A stretch of 64,000 nucleotides of DNA from Amoeboaphelidium protococcarum X5. Its lineage: Eukaryota; Fungi; Aphelidiomycota. The notes beneath the pieces were generated by a model that did no database searches, had not been told where the DNA came from, and was given only the letters and a program-made list of their open reading frames with translations. This document shows positions 37,004 through 50,942 of the stretch, one piece after another; position 1 is the stretch's first letter, and the number at the start of each line of letters is the position of its first letter. Where the stretch lies: the NCBI GenBank assembly GCA_023515725.1, contig JALDTO010000136.1:379896-443895 (forward strand), given 5' to 3'. Both the position numbers and the translations under genes were made by a program.

Positions 37004-39289
37004 TCACTTCTAAGTCGACTTCTACTTGAGCAGCAGCTCGCGGTTTTATGAAACAAGAGCATGGATCCAACTCTAATTGGAATTCCAATTCTTTTTTACT
37101 TCATTGTATTCAGCAATCTTTTGCTATGCTGCAGCAGTAGTCTATTGACCAGCAGTTGGATTAGATTCAATATGCAGATATTCTAATTGCAGCTTTTCCA
37201 GCTACTGACAATGATGTTAAAATTCGCGGTCAAACGCGTGATGATGCTGTTAATCAAATAAAGCCAGCGGAACATAGCTCAACATCTATTCATTAAAAGT
37301 ATCTTTGTTACCGCCACTGCTACTTGAATCACTTAATGCAATCTTGGCCAGTTTTTTAAAGAAGCCGCCAGACTTCTCTTTGCTCTGAGATGCCTAAGTT
37401 TTCAGATCATTGACATTAGACAACAGAAACACCTTGACATCTTTACCAAACGACACATAACTGCCATCATGAATCATGCCAATGTTCAAATCAGGCACAC
37501 CAGTTCTTGATCCCAAATCAATAATGGCCTTCTAAAAAGCATATGCCAACTAGTCGTACTCTTTTGAAGAGGTGAACTGAGCGGGAAGATTCTGGATTTC
37601 ACCACGCTACTTAGCAGCAAGGCATTTAACAAACTCTATTTCCTCCTACGACAACTGAACCAAACCACCAATACCGCCAGTAGCTGATGAAGCCACAGAT
37701 ATCTGACTGATTCGTGATCCGGGTGTACTACTCTCAGAAGCAGCTTTACTGTGGCCTTTCAGCTTAACTATTGGAATCAAAGAGTTGTCATGTTTCAGAG
37801 TTAACACATCCAAGGACTCTGTCGTATTCTTACATTTTAAAAGACCAACGTATACGCCGGGAAGCAATTTCTAGGTCTTGGCTTGGTAATATTACAAGTA
37901 CAGCGCCCAAATAGAGTCATCTTCTACGACATGGTACTTTGGATTATAATTTCTAGCACTACGCCATCTGAGGTCATGTTATTTCAGCAAAGAGTCTTCG
38001 ATAGGTTGAGCATTAAACTAAATTGCAACCAGAACCTAAGAGCCTTCCACGAGACTTAATTCCACAGGCACATGATACAAATACCCCAGCTTCTTTAATC
38101 CCAACTACTGATTAAATGTGAGACAAGCTTTGTAGAAGTCGCTCTTGAATTGACAATGCTTTACAAGTGCATTGGTCTGCTACTTCCTTGATAAATCCTC
38201 AATAAGCCCAGAATACTCACTGACAATAGAAGTCAGGGCCTCAGTGGAAAACACGAACTTTTCGTCTTGACCAGCGTTTATAGCTTCGGAGGCTTAGAGT
38301 TCATAGTCGAAGCATCTCTGCTGCAGCCACGAAAACTCCTTTGCACCTAATCCAAAGTTTTCTACTAATTAGGAGTCTGATGCAATTTCCAGAATGGGGA
38401 GAGTGCCGCGACTGTTCATCAACACTCTCTTGGTAACATCGAACAACAATACTGCTAAATACAGACGATTCTTTTGCAACTTATCTACAAAAATATGACT
38501 GCTTCCGACTTTGTTCTCACTCTAGCTGTTCACAGATGACATAATGGCGGCATCGATGCCAGATAGCTAATCCAAATCACCTGTGCCTGTATCTTTCACG
38601 TGGAATTCAAGCGTGCTTCCTTCGTCAACTTGGTGCTGAGCTAAATATCCAGATAGAATTAAACCGCTTTAGTTTTTCAGTTTCAAATGCAGAGAGGAAA
38701 TCCCATTAAGTCCGGCGGCTTTCAGCAACTTGGGAAGTAGTTTGTGCACCTCCTCATTTAGGTCAACTTAAAGCTACTTTGACATCAAAAAGCTCACGTC
38801 ATCGCTATCGTGCAGCATAATCTCCACTGTGACGTTTACCTGTTCTTTTATCACAGGACTTGACACATTCGAATTGGTCGCGGACAGATACGAAATTTCA
38901 GATTCAAAGCTACCATTGCTTGAAGTGCGCCCCGATGCAAAATTACCACCACCTGATACAAAGTAAGACGCATCCAGAAACGGTTTAAAGTTCTGCGCCA
39001 GTAAACTGAATTGATTATGACCTCTTCCCACAGCGGCAGCATGCAGCGATGTGGTCGTAGCACCGCCAAAATTTACAGGAGCTGTTGAGGTTCTAACCAT
39101 ACCAGCTCTGCCAGCAGATACTTGACGAGACGCTGTGGTTGCGTGCGATTCAATGGATAGCCTAGATCCACTACTGATTGAACCTTATCTCAGATCACTA
39201 GATTGGATAATATCATCTTCAGGAAGCGGATCTGAGAATTTAGGTGTTACTGGTGGTGCAGTACGAATTCTATTAATTTATCTAGCCAT
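37004..39289 (-). CDS. Ubiquitin-like/RA-like domain plus ANKFN1/Wide-awake-like C-terminal region, 761 aa
   Basis: Open table-6 frame. Repeated module LYLAVLL..RVLM...LPILEI...FSWL and LLPGVYVGLLK...VLT...LIPIVKL, plus YVPLALFD..HH and W....WI. These resemble the conserved C-terminal half of ANKFN1 (from memory). Confidence 0.55.
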
Positions 39290-39630
39290 ACTATGAAACT
39301 CTTATCAATATCAACTTATCAGCAGAATAATAGTGATTGTTCATAAATTGATAACGCCATGATAGTCGCTATTTATAGCCAGCCAGCCAGCCTTATCAGC
39401 TCAATGGTTGCTGCTTGATTCAATTTGATGGTCGCTTTATCATCAGGCTATATTTAATTCAAGACATCAAAGTTTATTTTGTCCTTATCAAATGCAATGA
39501 ACGTAAGCCCACTATGATCACTCGATAATCAGTGCATGTACCCTCGTTTCAAAATTGCATCCCATCGCGTTCTTCATCAGTCTTTCTCTTCTCTCCGTCC
39601 AACTCAGTTGGTTGAAACAACGTTATTAAA

Positions 39631-42600
39631 ATGACCAAAGTGGTATCCAGCCCAGTGTAATCCAAAGTTGAGGAGAAGGATCAACTCTCAAGTCTGTTGA
39701 TGAGTACAGTATTCAAAAACAGGTTCCCATTTGAGAATTTGGGTAAGATGTACTTTCCATGGCCACTATACAATGAAAAATGTTTGTAGTGAAAGATGTG
39801 CTTCCACGGCCAATACCAACGCGTTAAATAGACGTGAAAGAGTGTGAGTCGTTCCATCTTGATTAGGATTCTGTTGATTTATTATCTCATTCAGTTGAAA
39901 CTGAATTTTAAGCTTTGTAAGAATATTTTTCTGCTTTACTGCCATGCTCATAGTTATGGTTCGAGTGTAGACAGTTCCATGATTTGCCGCGTCATCCAAT
40001 CTTCGTGTCCAAAGAGCCGACCGTTTCAGAATCTGATCTCGCGACTCTTCTCTGTAAACTTGAACTGAAGAATTAAATTATTGATCTATCTGGTGTGGAC
40101 GTTCCTCATTTGAAATCCAATACTCAAGACTCTCATAATCGAAAATTGGACCCATGTGTTAAGGAAAACTATGTCGCAAAACGCGCTCTTCTGGCCAGTA
40201 GTTGCTTACCCAGTCCTAAGACTCCGATGCGTATCTCAGAGTCTCACTCCTAACAACTTTTCTCCGTGGTGTCTGCTATATGCAAAGAATTTGACGGTAT
40301 TGCGGATTGCGATCAGCCACTTCATTTTGTCGTAACAGAAGACTGCCACATTCTTAAAGCAACATCCTTGGAGTTACTATGGTAGTGTTTGAATGGCGAT
40401 TAGTCTTATGATTCGTTGCCTGAAAACTTGATTGTTCAGTTGTGCAGGATCATTGATTAAACTTTGGAGAATTAAAAGAACGGGCTCAATTTTACGAGCA
40501 CTGCAGTTCTTTTGAAATTTCTGCAATTGGATATCAGCAATCCTGTACGTAGTGTTGATGTATTGATGGGAGTCATCCTTAGTTGGCGCGTCTCTTTGGA
40601 CAATTTGAGTGAGCTGAGGAATGATAAAGTGGACTCAATGCCTTAATCTCTTGCTCAAATGGAAGAAAATTTGATTATGTACACTTAATTGCTCAAGAAG
40701 TTTCCTATGTACGTTCGTGATGAGTTGGCCATCCCGTCGATTTACTTTGCCCTTGACTTGGTGACTAGATACATTCCCCAGCTGCCAGAATCTAAGTCTA
40801 ACAATTCAAGTGTATTTAAGGCAGTTTGCCGTTCTCTCTGTGTTTCCAGTGTCCGTCTGTTCAGTCTCATTCTATCGCTGGATGGTGGTAATGCTCCAAT
40901 TTATTTTCACGAAACCGTGTAATACTTATGCAGTCTTCAGTCGTGCAAGGGTTCATCTGAAACTTTTAGCCTGTCCTCTATAGTTGCTTGTACTGTTGGA
41001 AGTCCCTATGGTATATAGGCCTCTTTGTATGATAAGCATCTTTGCTGCGTACTGGTAACTGATCAAACATATGTCCATGCTGGATCCTTGTTTATGTTGT
41101 CCTTTTTCCAAAATATATTCGTTGACTCTAGTAGCGACGATGCTGATAAGCTGTTGTCAAAGTATTTGTATCAATTGCTATCTTTTGGGCTTAAGGATTC
41201 TCAAGATGAAGTTCCGTCTAAGCAATTGGTAATACAGCATCGCGCAGTTGTTGAGGGACTACTCACTGACTGCGTAAGATTGTCATTGAAAAACGATGGT
41301 ATTGTGGCTCCCATGGTTGTTGTTATGTTTGTCAACTTATTGATCTAGATTGTTAGCGAGTAAACTTTGGATAGGAAGCTTTCTACAAGTGACTATGGTT
41401 GGTGTTTGCAGCTAATTGTAAGTATAGTTTAACAGATGCGTGGTCGCGCGGCTGCAGATCCGGCATAAAATCTTGATCAAACTGAAGAGGTTTTAGATAA
41501 GTTGCTTGAATAACTGAATTAGCGTCTCTGTGATTATTTTAGTTTGTATATGGACGATAAGGACAGTTTACTTACTTTCTTCCGCGAGGTTGTGAAGAAA
41601 GAGGCCACCATATACGGCACTAGTGGGGAAGTGTTCTTGATAGGTGGTTTAAACATTGATGAGATCAGTACATTTGACATAGCGTTATCTGCAATTAAGG
41701 CTGATTAGCGAACGTTTAATCTGCTAATTAATCTCATCGATACTGAGAATGCTTAATTAGCCGTTAAAGCTTACCGTTGCATGCTCAGATTGAAGTTTGA
41801 TTAGCAGCCTCAGGAAGTGCTCTCTCGTCTCAGTTTGTCTCTAGCTACTCATATTCGTCATTAAGTAACCAGTATTAGAGAATGTTCGATTGACTGCATC
41901 AAAATGATGGTAAGTTAAGTCGAGATCAAGTCAATGTTGCAGTTCTTGCCAGATGCCTGCTTACGCACGCAAGATACGAGTGTTAGTGTTCGTAAGAAAG
42001 CTTTGATGCTGTTAAGAGAGTATTGTGCCAAGTTTTCGTCAACTCTCCCTCATTAGTTATAAGTCGATACTTATATGGTAATAATAGGATAGCAGCTTCT
42101 GCGACGCGCCGCTCTTGAAGAAGATCCAGCCCTTAAACGCTTGGTTGTGGAGTCTGTTTTGCAAGTATTTGTCCCGGAAGATGTTGAAATCATCAAGTCT
42201 ACCAGCATCTAAGGTTTGCTTGCGAATGAGTTGAGTATTAGCATCACCGAACTATCTGTCATGGAGAGGTAAGCTTTGGAACGATCTGTGTTTTTGCTGC
42301 AGCAGATTCTGGCCAACAGCAGTTATTTGCAGTTCTTCGAATCTCTATTGGCTTATGTCAAGAAAGATTTAGAGGGATATCAGCCCGTCTCCGAGCTTGT
42401 GGTATTCTTTGCTTTGGCGATTGAATACTTAATCTAGCACTCAGACGCCGGACTACTCCAAATGGAAATTCTTACGCAGCTGTCCTAATGGTATCCTCAA
42501 TTGTTTTGCGTTCATTTTCAATTGATTGTTGATCGTATGAACTCTACAATGAATAATTCTAATGTGCTTAGGACTGCTTAGGGGCAGTATTTGCTCACCA

Positions 42601-44579
42601 AACTCGAATAAATCTTCTGCTTTGTTCTTGACCTCTTTCGCGATTTGGTCAGCGGCAATATTGTTGCGATTGGAGAATGTATTATCGATCTTAGTCTCAT
42701 CTCTCAGCTGGAACCGCTTTTGTTGTCTTGTGCTTTAGACTAAAGTACATCTGTGGCGACTCAATCATTGAAGTGCCTCATTAAAATTGCCTAATGCGTA
42801 TCTTTAAACTTTGCTCTGTTGACAGTATTACTTGAAAAGTGTCTGACCTTCGTGTCATAGCTTACATTAGCTCAGTTGTAAGCGAACTGGTAATATGCTT
42901 TGGCTGCTTTGAACGTGTGCAGTATTTTGATTTCTGAAGTTGACGTTAAGAGCTTACAAGGTGAAAACTGTGGGCTTTCTGCCGATTTACTCGTTGATAC
43001 TGCTTAAGCATAGCATTTTATCAGTCTTTTGTGCAAATTTCTCGGAATGTTGCAGTCAGCGGACAACATGCCTCATTTACTTCAAGTTTGTGGACCTGTG
43101 ATTTAAAAGTATCCAATGATGTTGGCTCATGATCAGCTGTCGGAAAGACTTAAAGATACGCTCAATATTGATTCTCAGACACTATCGTCCTCGCCCACCA
43201 GAGCCCGTTGCGTCTATTCGGCTCTATCTCTGCTTGACATGTTCTTCAAAGCTAACACCTCGGAATTTTCTGAGTGCGATCAGGCTTCAAAGTACAAGTT
43301 TGATGTTTTGCTGGGCTAATCGGAAACTTAGGAACAGAGTAGCGTGGTGGTTCATGTTGCGCAATCTTACTTATAGGCTATCAACCAATTTGTTCTATGT
43401 TCAGTGGTTGATATTCACATGATATCGTTTCGTGTTTTGGCAGATATCATTAAAAGCCAATGCGTTTAACCATTGTAAGTAATGCCGCCTCTTATAGCAA
43501 CTTTATGCTCCGACTCTCCAATGTGTGGCCTTGCTTGTGCTCTGCATTCTGATCTGGTAAAGAAGCATGAGTCGTTTATTCACAAGCGTAATGGTGACGG
43601 AATCAAAATGTCATTCACTCTACGTGTCGATTTGAATTAGAATCTAGTAGGATATACGCAAGTATAAGATTCTATCTATGTCTCTGCTCTATAGTCATTG
43701 AGTAGCAATATTGCGTCTGATAAAACATCCAGAGTTGACTTTGCTTAAACTCTCTCCCATATTCTAAATTCTCTGGCATTGATATCTAAACCGTCAATGG
43801 TCGACTTGCAGTACGCTAATTATCTGTGTAATGCTATAGCTACTTTGGATTTTAAGCACATAGCTGAAGTGCTGACGATTCTCTCCGGCCTGTAAAGTTT
43901 ATTCGCTGAATCTTTGTTGGACGCTGAGACGTACCAAGGCTCTTTAATTAGTCAGCATGAGTATTGTCAGTGTATCATATGGGCGTGTATGCTTAACTTG
44001 GATTACAACATGAAGATGGCATACGACATTACTAAAGATAAACTCGCATCCTTCTCTCTTGGTCAAAAAGGTTCCAGCTCTAAATCTCTCAAGCGTGACG
44101 ACAACTACCAAATTATGCAGGTTGATGAATAGCTGGTTATCAATCAGGATGTCAATGATGATTTGAAGGCTATGGCGATCTAAGCTTTTCAAAGAAGCTA
44201 CGATCTGCTCCTCAATTCTGACGTATCTGTCCAGTAGCAGAAACGCAAATCTCGCCTATCCTACTCTAGCAATACCTCCGATACCAACGAATCAAGTAAT
44301 GCATCTTCGTCTGAGAAGAACAGCTCAGGTATTGCTCAAGAGTCTCAAGGTAAAAAGAAGCGTCGTGTCAAGAAGAAGGTGAAGAGAAACGAAAGCGCCC
44401 AATCTGATGCAGAGAACGTTGGTGTCAATGTAAATATCGCAACAAGCCCTTCTGCAAATCGTCCACCGCCGTCATCCTCCCGTCGTAAATCTGCAAGAAA
44501 ATCATCTAAAGTCAACTACTTGGAAAGTTCTACGACTGAATATTCCGCTCATGATCAAGACTCTTCAGACTTTGAATGA
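39631..44579 (+). CDS. SCC2: Cohesin loader Scc2/NIPBL, intron 39743-39789
   Basis: HEAT region SIRECSIDCI..DTSVSVRKK..LRR..EEDPALK. Nipped-B C-like QPLQVMPPLIA..LHSDLVKKHESFI..NAIATLDFKHIAEVL. 1633 aa spliced. Confidence 0.8.
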
Positions 44580-44919
44580 TTAATTAAAATTCGAATCAAA
44601 ATTGAAAGCTTTATTATCAGTACAGTACCAAACTTTCGTTCCCTGCATACCATTGCATAACCGTGTGGATCGCGTTCACACAATCGTAAATGGGGCACAG
44701 CAGGGCACTCATATCATCGTGTGTGAGTCAATCGATCGACGATGACATGACCGATCGCTTACCGATTTACAGTCACCGTTGACCAAGTATCATCGTCACA
44801 ACACGCACACGACTTATTTCCAGTTCCCTAGTTACATCACCGAGACTGACTGGTTATAAAAATATACACATCCTATAATCTCTAATAATTAAAGCAATTA
44901 AAGAAATAAAATCGTGAAA

Positions 44920-47607
44920 ATGGACGTGCAATAGTAGTAGAAATTGTAGCCGGAGAATTACAGTATTTTTGACGGCTTTCCGGTCGTTTCTGACTCATCG
45001 TCCTTATCGCCGCCAGCGACCGCACTGTCAAAGTGGAAAAAAGCAGTAGATTAACCTCTCTTGCTGGCCCTTAGTAGGCAAAGCTCGGAAATGCAGTCAG
45101 ACGCTCAGAATAGTGATAGCTGTTAATTCGCTGGATCCCATCTGGATACCACAATGATGCGGACCGAGTTTGAAGCCATTAAAGGTGGCGGCGATGTAGC
45201 GGGGATGACGTACGAATAGTTTGTTCAGTTCCTTGGTGCGACTGGCATCTGCTCCTTTATCTCTTTGAATTTATGGAAGTTTTGTATTGAACATACATCG
45301 TTGAATTATAATAATAATACTGATGATAGGAATGATGAGTCTTGCAAAAGTTGTGTCCGTAAAGATGACTTTAGCTCTAATGATGAAGACGATTAAATGG
45401 CGATGAAATCGTATCAAACCGCATTGTAATGGGAGTAATTTGAGGCAGCCTGGCGTTATCTATACAAAGAGTCCAAAGGGGATAGAGTCTTGATGATGTT
45501 TATAATGATCTGCGGTAATATCGCTGATTAGTCATTGACCAAATACATCTCTGCTGAAGCTTTAGAATAATTGATAAGGGAAGTTGTTGTGCAGCATCCA
45601 GAGTTGCAATTTCTCGCTGATAAGCCAATATTTATAGATTATTACGTGTAAACTGTTCTTACAAGAATATTCTATTAAGTCAAGAGGTCATTACCACCAA
45701 GCAGCGAGGATTGTTAGAAGTATGGACGCACTGTGGCTATCACGCTGAAAGAGTTTCGTTAATCAGGATTGTTCGATATCCTCACACACCTTCACCTGAT
45801 GGAGATCAATGAGGAGCACATGTTCTTCTCTTATAAGCATTACTTTGTACTCTACTGCCGATTCCATGACTTGGACACACAAGACTGCTCTTATCTGAGT
45901 GCTGATGATATGACCAAGTATGATGGTGGATCAATCAACTCTCTTGTATTGGAAAGGATACTGGATGGTATTGGACTTCCGTATAGATATCGCGAATCTT
46001 AATCATAGAGCAGTTCCCACTCTACATCATTTAGGTAGTTCAAGTTGGCAGTTCACTCTTGCCTCACCTCGCAGATTCTATCCAACTATCAGCGCGATTC
46101 TGGTATAGATCTCGATATCGACTCTCCTACTGATAATTGTAGCCAGGCCAGTGATATGGAACATGTTGTTTTCGTTGAGGAGACTAAGCATATAGACACT
46201 AGTACGCGATCCCAATACCGATACAAGACACAATTGACTTACACTGAGTTCTTATGGTTCATGCTGAGTGAAGAAGATAAAACCTCTGCTACAGCGATGG
46301 AATACTGGTTCAGAGTATTGGATCTAGATGGTGATGGTGTCATCTCTCTGTATGAACTGGAGTAGTTTTGGCGGCACTAAGAGTCGAAGCTGTACTTTGA
46401 GACAATGATGAACTTTGATTTTCGAGATATTATCTGTGTGGTGTTGGATCTCCTCTAGATTTCTAGCTTTAGTAATGGCTCTGAAGGTGCAAATAGCTGC
46501 TAGATTACACTTAAAGATCTACGACGCAATCCAATTGGCACCAGCAAGTTCTTGGATCACTTTATAAATTGCAAAAAGTTGCTTGAGCGAGAGAGTTCAA
46601 GTGGATTTAAATTGTACCGGGAGATTGATGATTGTCAGCAGACTTACTTTTAATAATTGCACAAAGTCTGTCCATCGCCTTCGCCATAATCATCTCAAGT
46701 CAATCTGAAATAAGCTCCGGATTAGCGTAATAAGTTATCGTCTGAGAGGAGACAAAGTGTGGTCAATTATTTCTCAACCATCCCGTCTGACTGTAAATCT
46801 AGCTGGTCTAGATGGGCGGATTTGCAATATGATATACTGACATCCCATACACCATCTTCGGGTTAGAATGGGGAGGATATCAGTGGCTTTGCTTACTGTG
46901 ATGATGATGCTGAAAATGATGAAGGCCAATATGATCGTTATGACGATCACTAGAATAGTAATGAAGATTTGCACGCGTATGATGCAGCTTTTGCTATCTG
47001 CAACTCCACATCCACCCTTGATATGATTGGTATGGCAGCACAGCGACTGAAAATGCTTTAAAGTTAGGATTCTGATTAAGATGATACTTATAACAAGTTG
47101 CATGATTAGTTTGCTTCTAAAGCTGATCGCCATAATAGTGATGAGAATGTTTCTGGTAAGTATGATTTGAGACATGGTGCAGTGAGCAGATTTCACTTGT
47201 CTAATCACCTCAAACAACTGACCATATGTGAAGTGGATGAAGACGACGATGATAAAGGCATTGGACGCGAAAATGATCATTCACATTTGGCAAATGGTTA
47301 TCACCTTAATGATGATGATGATGAAGAGAAGAGTACAAAGTAGTGTTGGAGTAACATTGACTTGGTGGAAGTTCATAGCGGTCAAGGTTGTCATCAGTTT
47401 GAATATGGTCGAGATATGAATGTATCTAGCCAGGAAGATTATCATCTCTCTTCCTATCTATATGGAGCGTATTCTGGCACTCTGGCTTATTAATTTAGAA
47501 CTGGTAGATCCATTGCCGCCTTATCCACTTTATAGTCATCATCCTGTAGAACTGCAGAGTTTCTTCAAGATTTGGATCAGCCAATTGCAGATTTATCTAT
47601 GGATTGA
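44920..47607 (+). CDS. PPP2R3: PP2A regulatory subunit B'' (PR72/PPP2R3, EF-hand)
   Basis: HPELQFL..YVQTVLTRIFY, FFSYKHYFVLYCRFHDLD, EFLWFMLSEEDK..AMEYWFRVLDLDGDGVISLYELE, ITLKDLRR, WSRWADLQYDIL. Confidence 0.9.
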
Positions 47608-47885
47608 TTACTCATATTTCATTCTCACGAGGACCGTTTGCAAATAAGTTTTGACAATAACATCATCATCATCTTAACATTGTTTAGTTTATCTAGAATG
47701 TAACGTTTTCATTTTATATCTATTGGAAATATTTGTCTTGAATAGATTTGCCCATTCATATTTAACATTCGAGATTTTTATGCAGTTCTTAGCCCGTCTA
47801 TTATCAGTGGCATCATATAAAAAGATAAAAGAAGCTGTCAATGAGTGATCAAAGCATTCTTTAAATCTAAAATTATTCATTTTAA

Positions 47886-49413
47886 TCAAGCAGATTTAGA
47901 TTTATACAGTATGACGAGACGTGTGACATTAACCGCAACTAGTGACAGCACCAGCCAGGGAGCAGCCTTTTCAATTGCATTCTAAAGCCCATTCTTTCTG
48001 GATGAGCGTCGACGTTGCGTTGACTAAATACCTTACACATCAACAATTCTATCTTCCAAATGGCCCTTTGTCGAATCGCTAGCCTATGACTCCATATCAT
48101 CAACAATTTCAATCTGTTCAATACTTGAATCCAAATCATCTACGCCTTGCAGTTTAGAGTCTGCTAGTAGAATCTAATCCAAACCATCTTCCTCCGTGCT
48201 AATAACATTACCAATACTCTCAAGATCTATAGAATCAATGTCAACGTAGGGAGTATCTGAGAGAAATCTAGACGCAATTAATTAATCACCTTATTGACAT
48301 AATCGCTCCAACTTGGAAAAGGATTTAGGAATAGCTTTCGAGGTGACAAACTAGATTAATGAAGAAGGAACCCAACCTTGAGGATTACCATCAATCAACT
48401 ACCATATCTCTGTATTTGAAGGGTCCATCGGCTTCCGCCTAATAATCTGACCAGAGAGAGGACAATGCATACGTATTATACTTTCACTGGTGCGAGGCGG
48501 CATGCCGGGGAAGTTTACAGATTTCGTCACATTAATTAGCCACTCATCCTGCAACGTGTCCTTCAGCAATAAATTGTTAGTCTTGCACATATATGACAGC
48601 AGTACCAAGTCGCGAGACTGTGCTGGCCATATGCCTTTAGTCCTAATGTACACAATACGCGTCTGAGCATCGATATGTTTCAATACTTTGGACTCTTCAA
48701 TCAAATCATCCCACTTGTATCTATTCTCTGTATCACACAGAAGATCGAATACCGTGTAAGGTGTAGTATTTCGTAACTGACCATAAAGGCGGAAATTAAA
48801 CGCGCTATCTCTATTCTAATGTATAACTAGGCGTGGATCATCCTATGTAACTAATTACTACCACATTGCGTCATCCACAAGAGAGCTATTCAATTCTAAT
48901 TTACTCAAAATATCCTTCAGCATCTTCATTGTCTATACTTTCTCATCATTTTAAGATTTTCTTATTTTCTGCATCGGCATTTATTTAGTGATGCTTTTAT
49001 CCACAGCCATCTTTTATTTACGTTAAACTTCGCCATTTAACGAAACAGCAGTTGTCTGTTCAAGCGCATTTCCATCTGGTTATGAATATTATTGAGTCAA
49101 CAGAGGTTCAACCTATGAAATACTATCCACCAATAATTATTCTTAATAAAATGAAGAAAGCAGTAATTCCAAGCTATTATTCCACCTAGTAAGCGATTTA
49201 ATTAAAAGCAGAGATTGCACTTGTATCACCAACATCAGCAAAATGTGTAAAAAATCAACATGCTCTACAAAAAGTACAAGATGAGATTACCCATTAAATT
49301 ACATGTATGAATGTAATATGCCTACAGTAATAACATAATATCAGACTACACTCAATAACAGTAGTAATTATGAGCGCAAATTTCTCGTTAAACTGTAATA
49401 CAATCCCCATCAT
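47886..49413 (-). CDS. START lipid-binding domain protein with N- and C-terminal hydrophobic segments (tentative intron 49265-49325)
   Basis: RYKWDDLIEESKVL..TRIVYIRTKGIWPAQSRDLV..DGNPQGWVPSSLI. C-terminal APWLVLSLVAVNV. The 5' exon is inferred from a phase-compatible GTAGG...TGTAG intron. Confidence 0.8.
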
Positions 49414-49659
49414 CTCAAATCCATAAAATCAGAGTATATTGCTTTAACGAAAGACAATGACGATGACGCGACCAGCAGAGAAGAGATGAGAGACGACGAC
49501 GGTTGTGATTGAGTGTAAACTGTTGGTGATTTTGTATTTCAAAACTAATGATAACTAGGTGCAATCATCAAAATTTATTTCAATTCATTTAATTCACCTT
49601 TGTAGATATTATCACAGTGACACTGCAGACTTCACCAATAAGATATATAGAGATAACAT

Positions 49660-50889
49660 TCACAAATTATTACGACCAGACAGTCTTTAATTGAGTTATT
49701 CATTCTGCACACGGAGAGCATTAATCAGAATTTTAGCCTCATTCAGCATCTGATCACGGTCAGAGATTTGACGCGTCAGAGTGTTCACCTTCTCTTCCAT
49801 GTTCTTTAGAGCCATCTCGAGTGTCTGGAGACGAAGATTCTTGCGCAGACGAGATCTTTTGGCAGCATCTGAATTCTTCATGCGCTTATACTACTTTCTA
49901 TCTCCAGAGCCATCTGCCAAATCTTCAGGTACTTCTGCAACAGGATGTAAGGGAAGCTTCTTATCAACTAGTGCATCTACTGCATCATCTAGTGGAATAT
50001 GAACACCCTTATCAGTTGGAATATAAATGTTAGTAGTATTAGGATGTCTCCCACGTCCCTTGCGTTATTTAACTAGATCTGAATTCTTATTCTCCAGCAG
50101 GTTCTTGATATCTTCATCTTCTTCAAAATCATTAAAATTCAAAGTGGAGGCATCCAGTAATCTTTCATCACCAGAGTAGCTATCTCCATTTGTAGATACG
50201 TCTCTAGTACTATAGTTGCTATTTCCACCACCACCACCTCCTGTTGTATACGATCTAGAGTATATACCATAATCATCAAAAGTGTTGGAACGCTTCCTAG
50301 AACTTGATGACCTGTGACGAGCATCATCCCCATTATCAATTCGGTGGAGTGCGTGTTATTGCTGATGATTGTTGTTACCATAAGCGCCCAGAGCAGTGAT
50401 GTAGCTATCGCCAGAGAAATTTCTGTATCTCATTGCATCAACAGGATTAGTATCAGCAGGATTAACAAATGATGTGATGGATTATGGCTACTCAATAGGC
50501 TACTACTACTATTATTAATAAATACTACTACTACTTCTTGAAACGCAGCCAACATCTTGACCAGCATCCGACACCTTGGAACCGGCGGGCGCGAGATAAG
50601 CGTACTCCACAGATCCAGGGGAATAATTCAGCACATTCGACAACATTGGCACAGTTTAGCAGCGAGTCATTCCTCCACCAGTATGGTTGTTAATATAGAT
50701 ATTATCACGACTATTCAGAGCAGACGACTACTACTGATGAAGATGATACTATTGAGAATTAATACAATTATTATCTGCAGTAGGGCGGAGCAGTGTATGT
50801 GTGTATGTGTTTCGTCTCGCAAAGTTTGCCGTCGTGCTGGTGGTGGTTGGAGAGTTTAAATATGACGCCTCAAATGTCAACTCAATCAT
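49660..50889 (-). CDS. bZIP transcription factor, GCN4/CPC1-like basic region (start uncertain: 50889, 50670 or 50646)
   Basis: KQYKRMKNSDAAKRSRLRK followed by heptad L..LE....LT...L. Frame is open from ATG 50889 to TGA 49660. Confidence 0.8.
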
Positions 50890-50916
50890 TCTTGTTTCAC
50901 CGTCACAAAACGCAGC

Positions 50917-50923
50917 TGACTCA
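50917..50923. promoter_or_regulatory. TGACTCA (Gcn4/AP-1 site) just upstream of the bZIP gene
   Basis: Exact TGACTCA 28 nt upstream of the first in-frame ATG. Confidence 0.35.
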
Positions 50924-50942
50924 GTGCGTCGGGGTACCTTAC

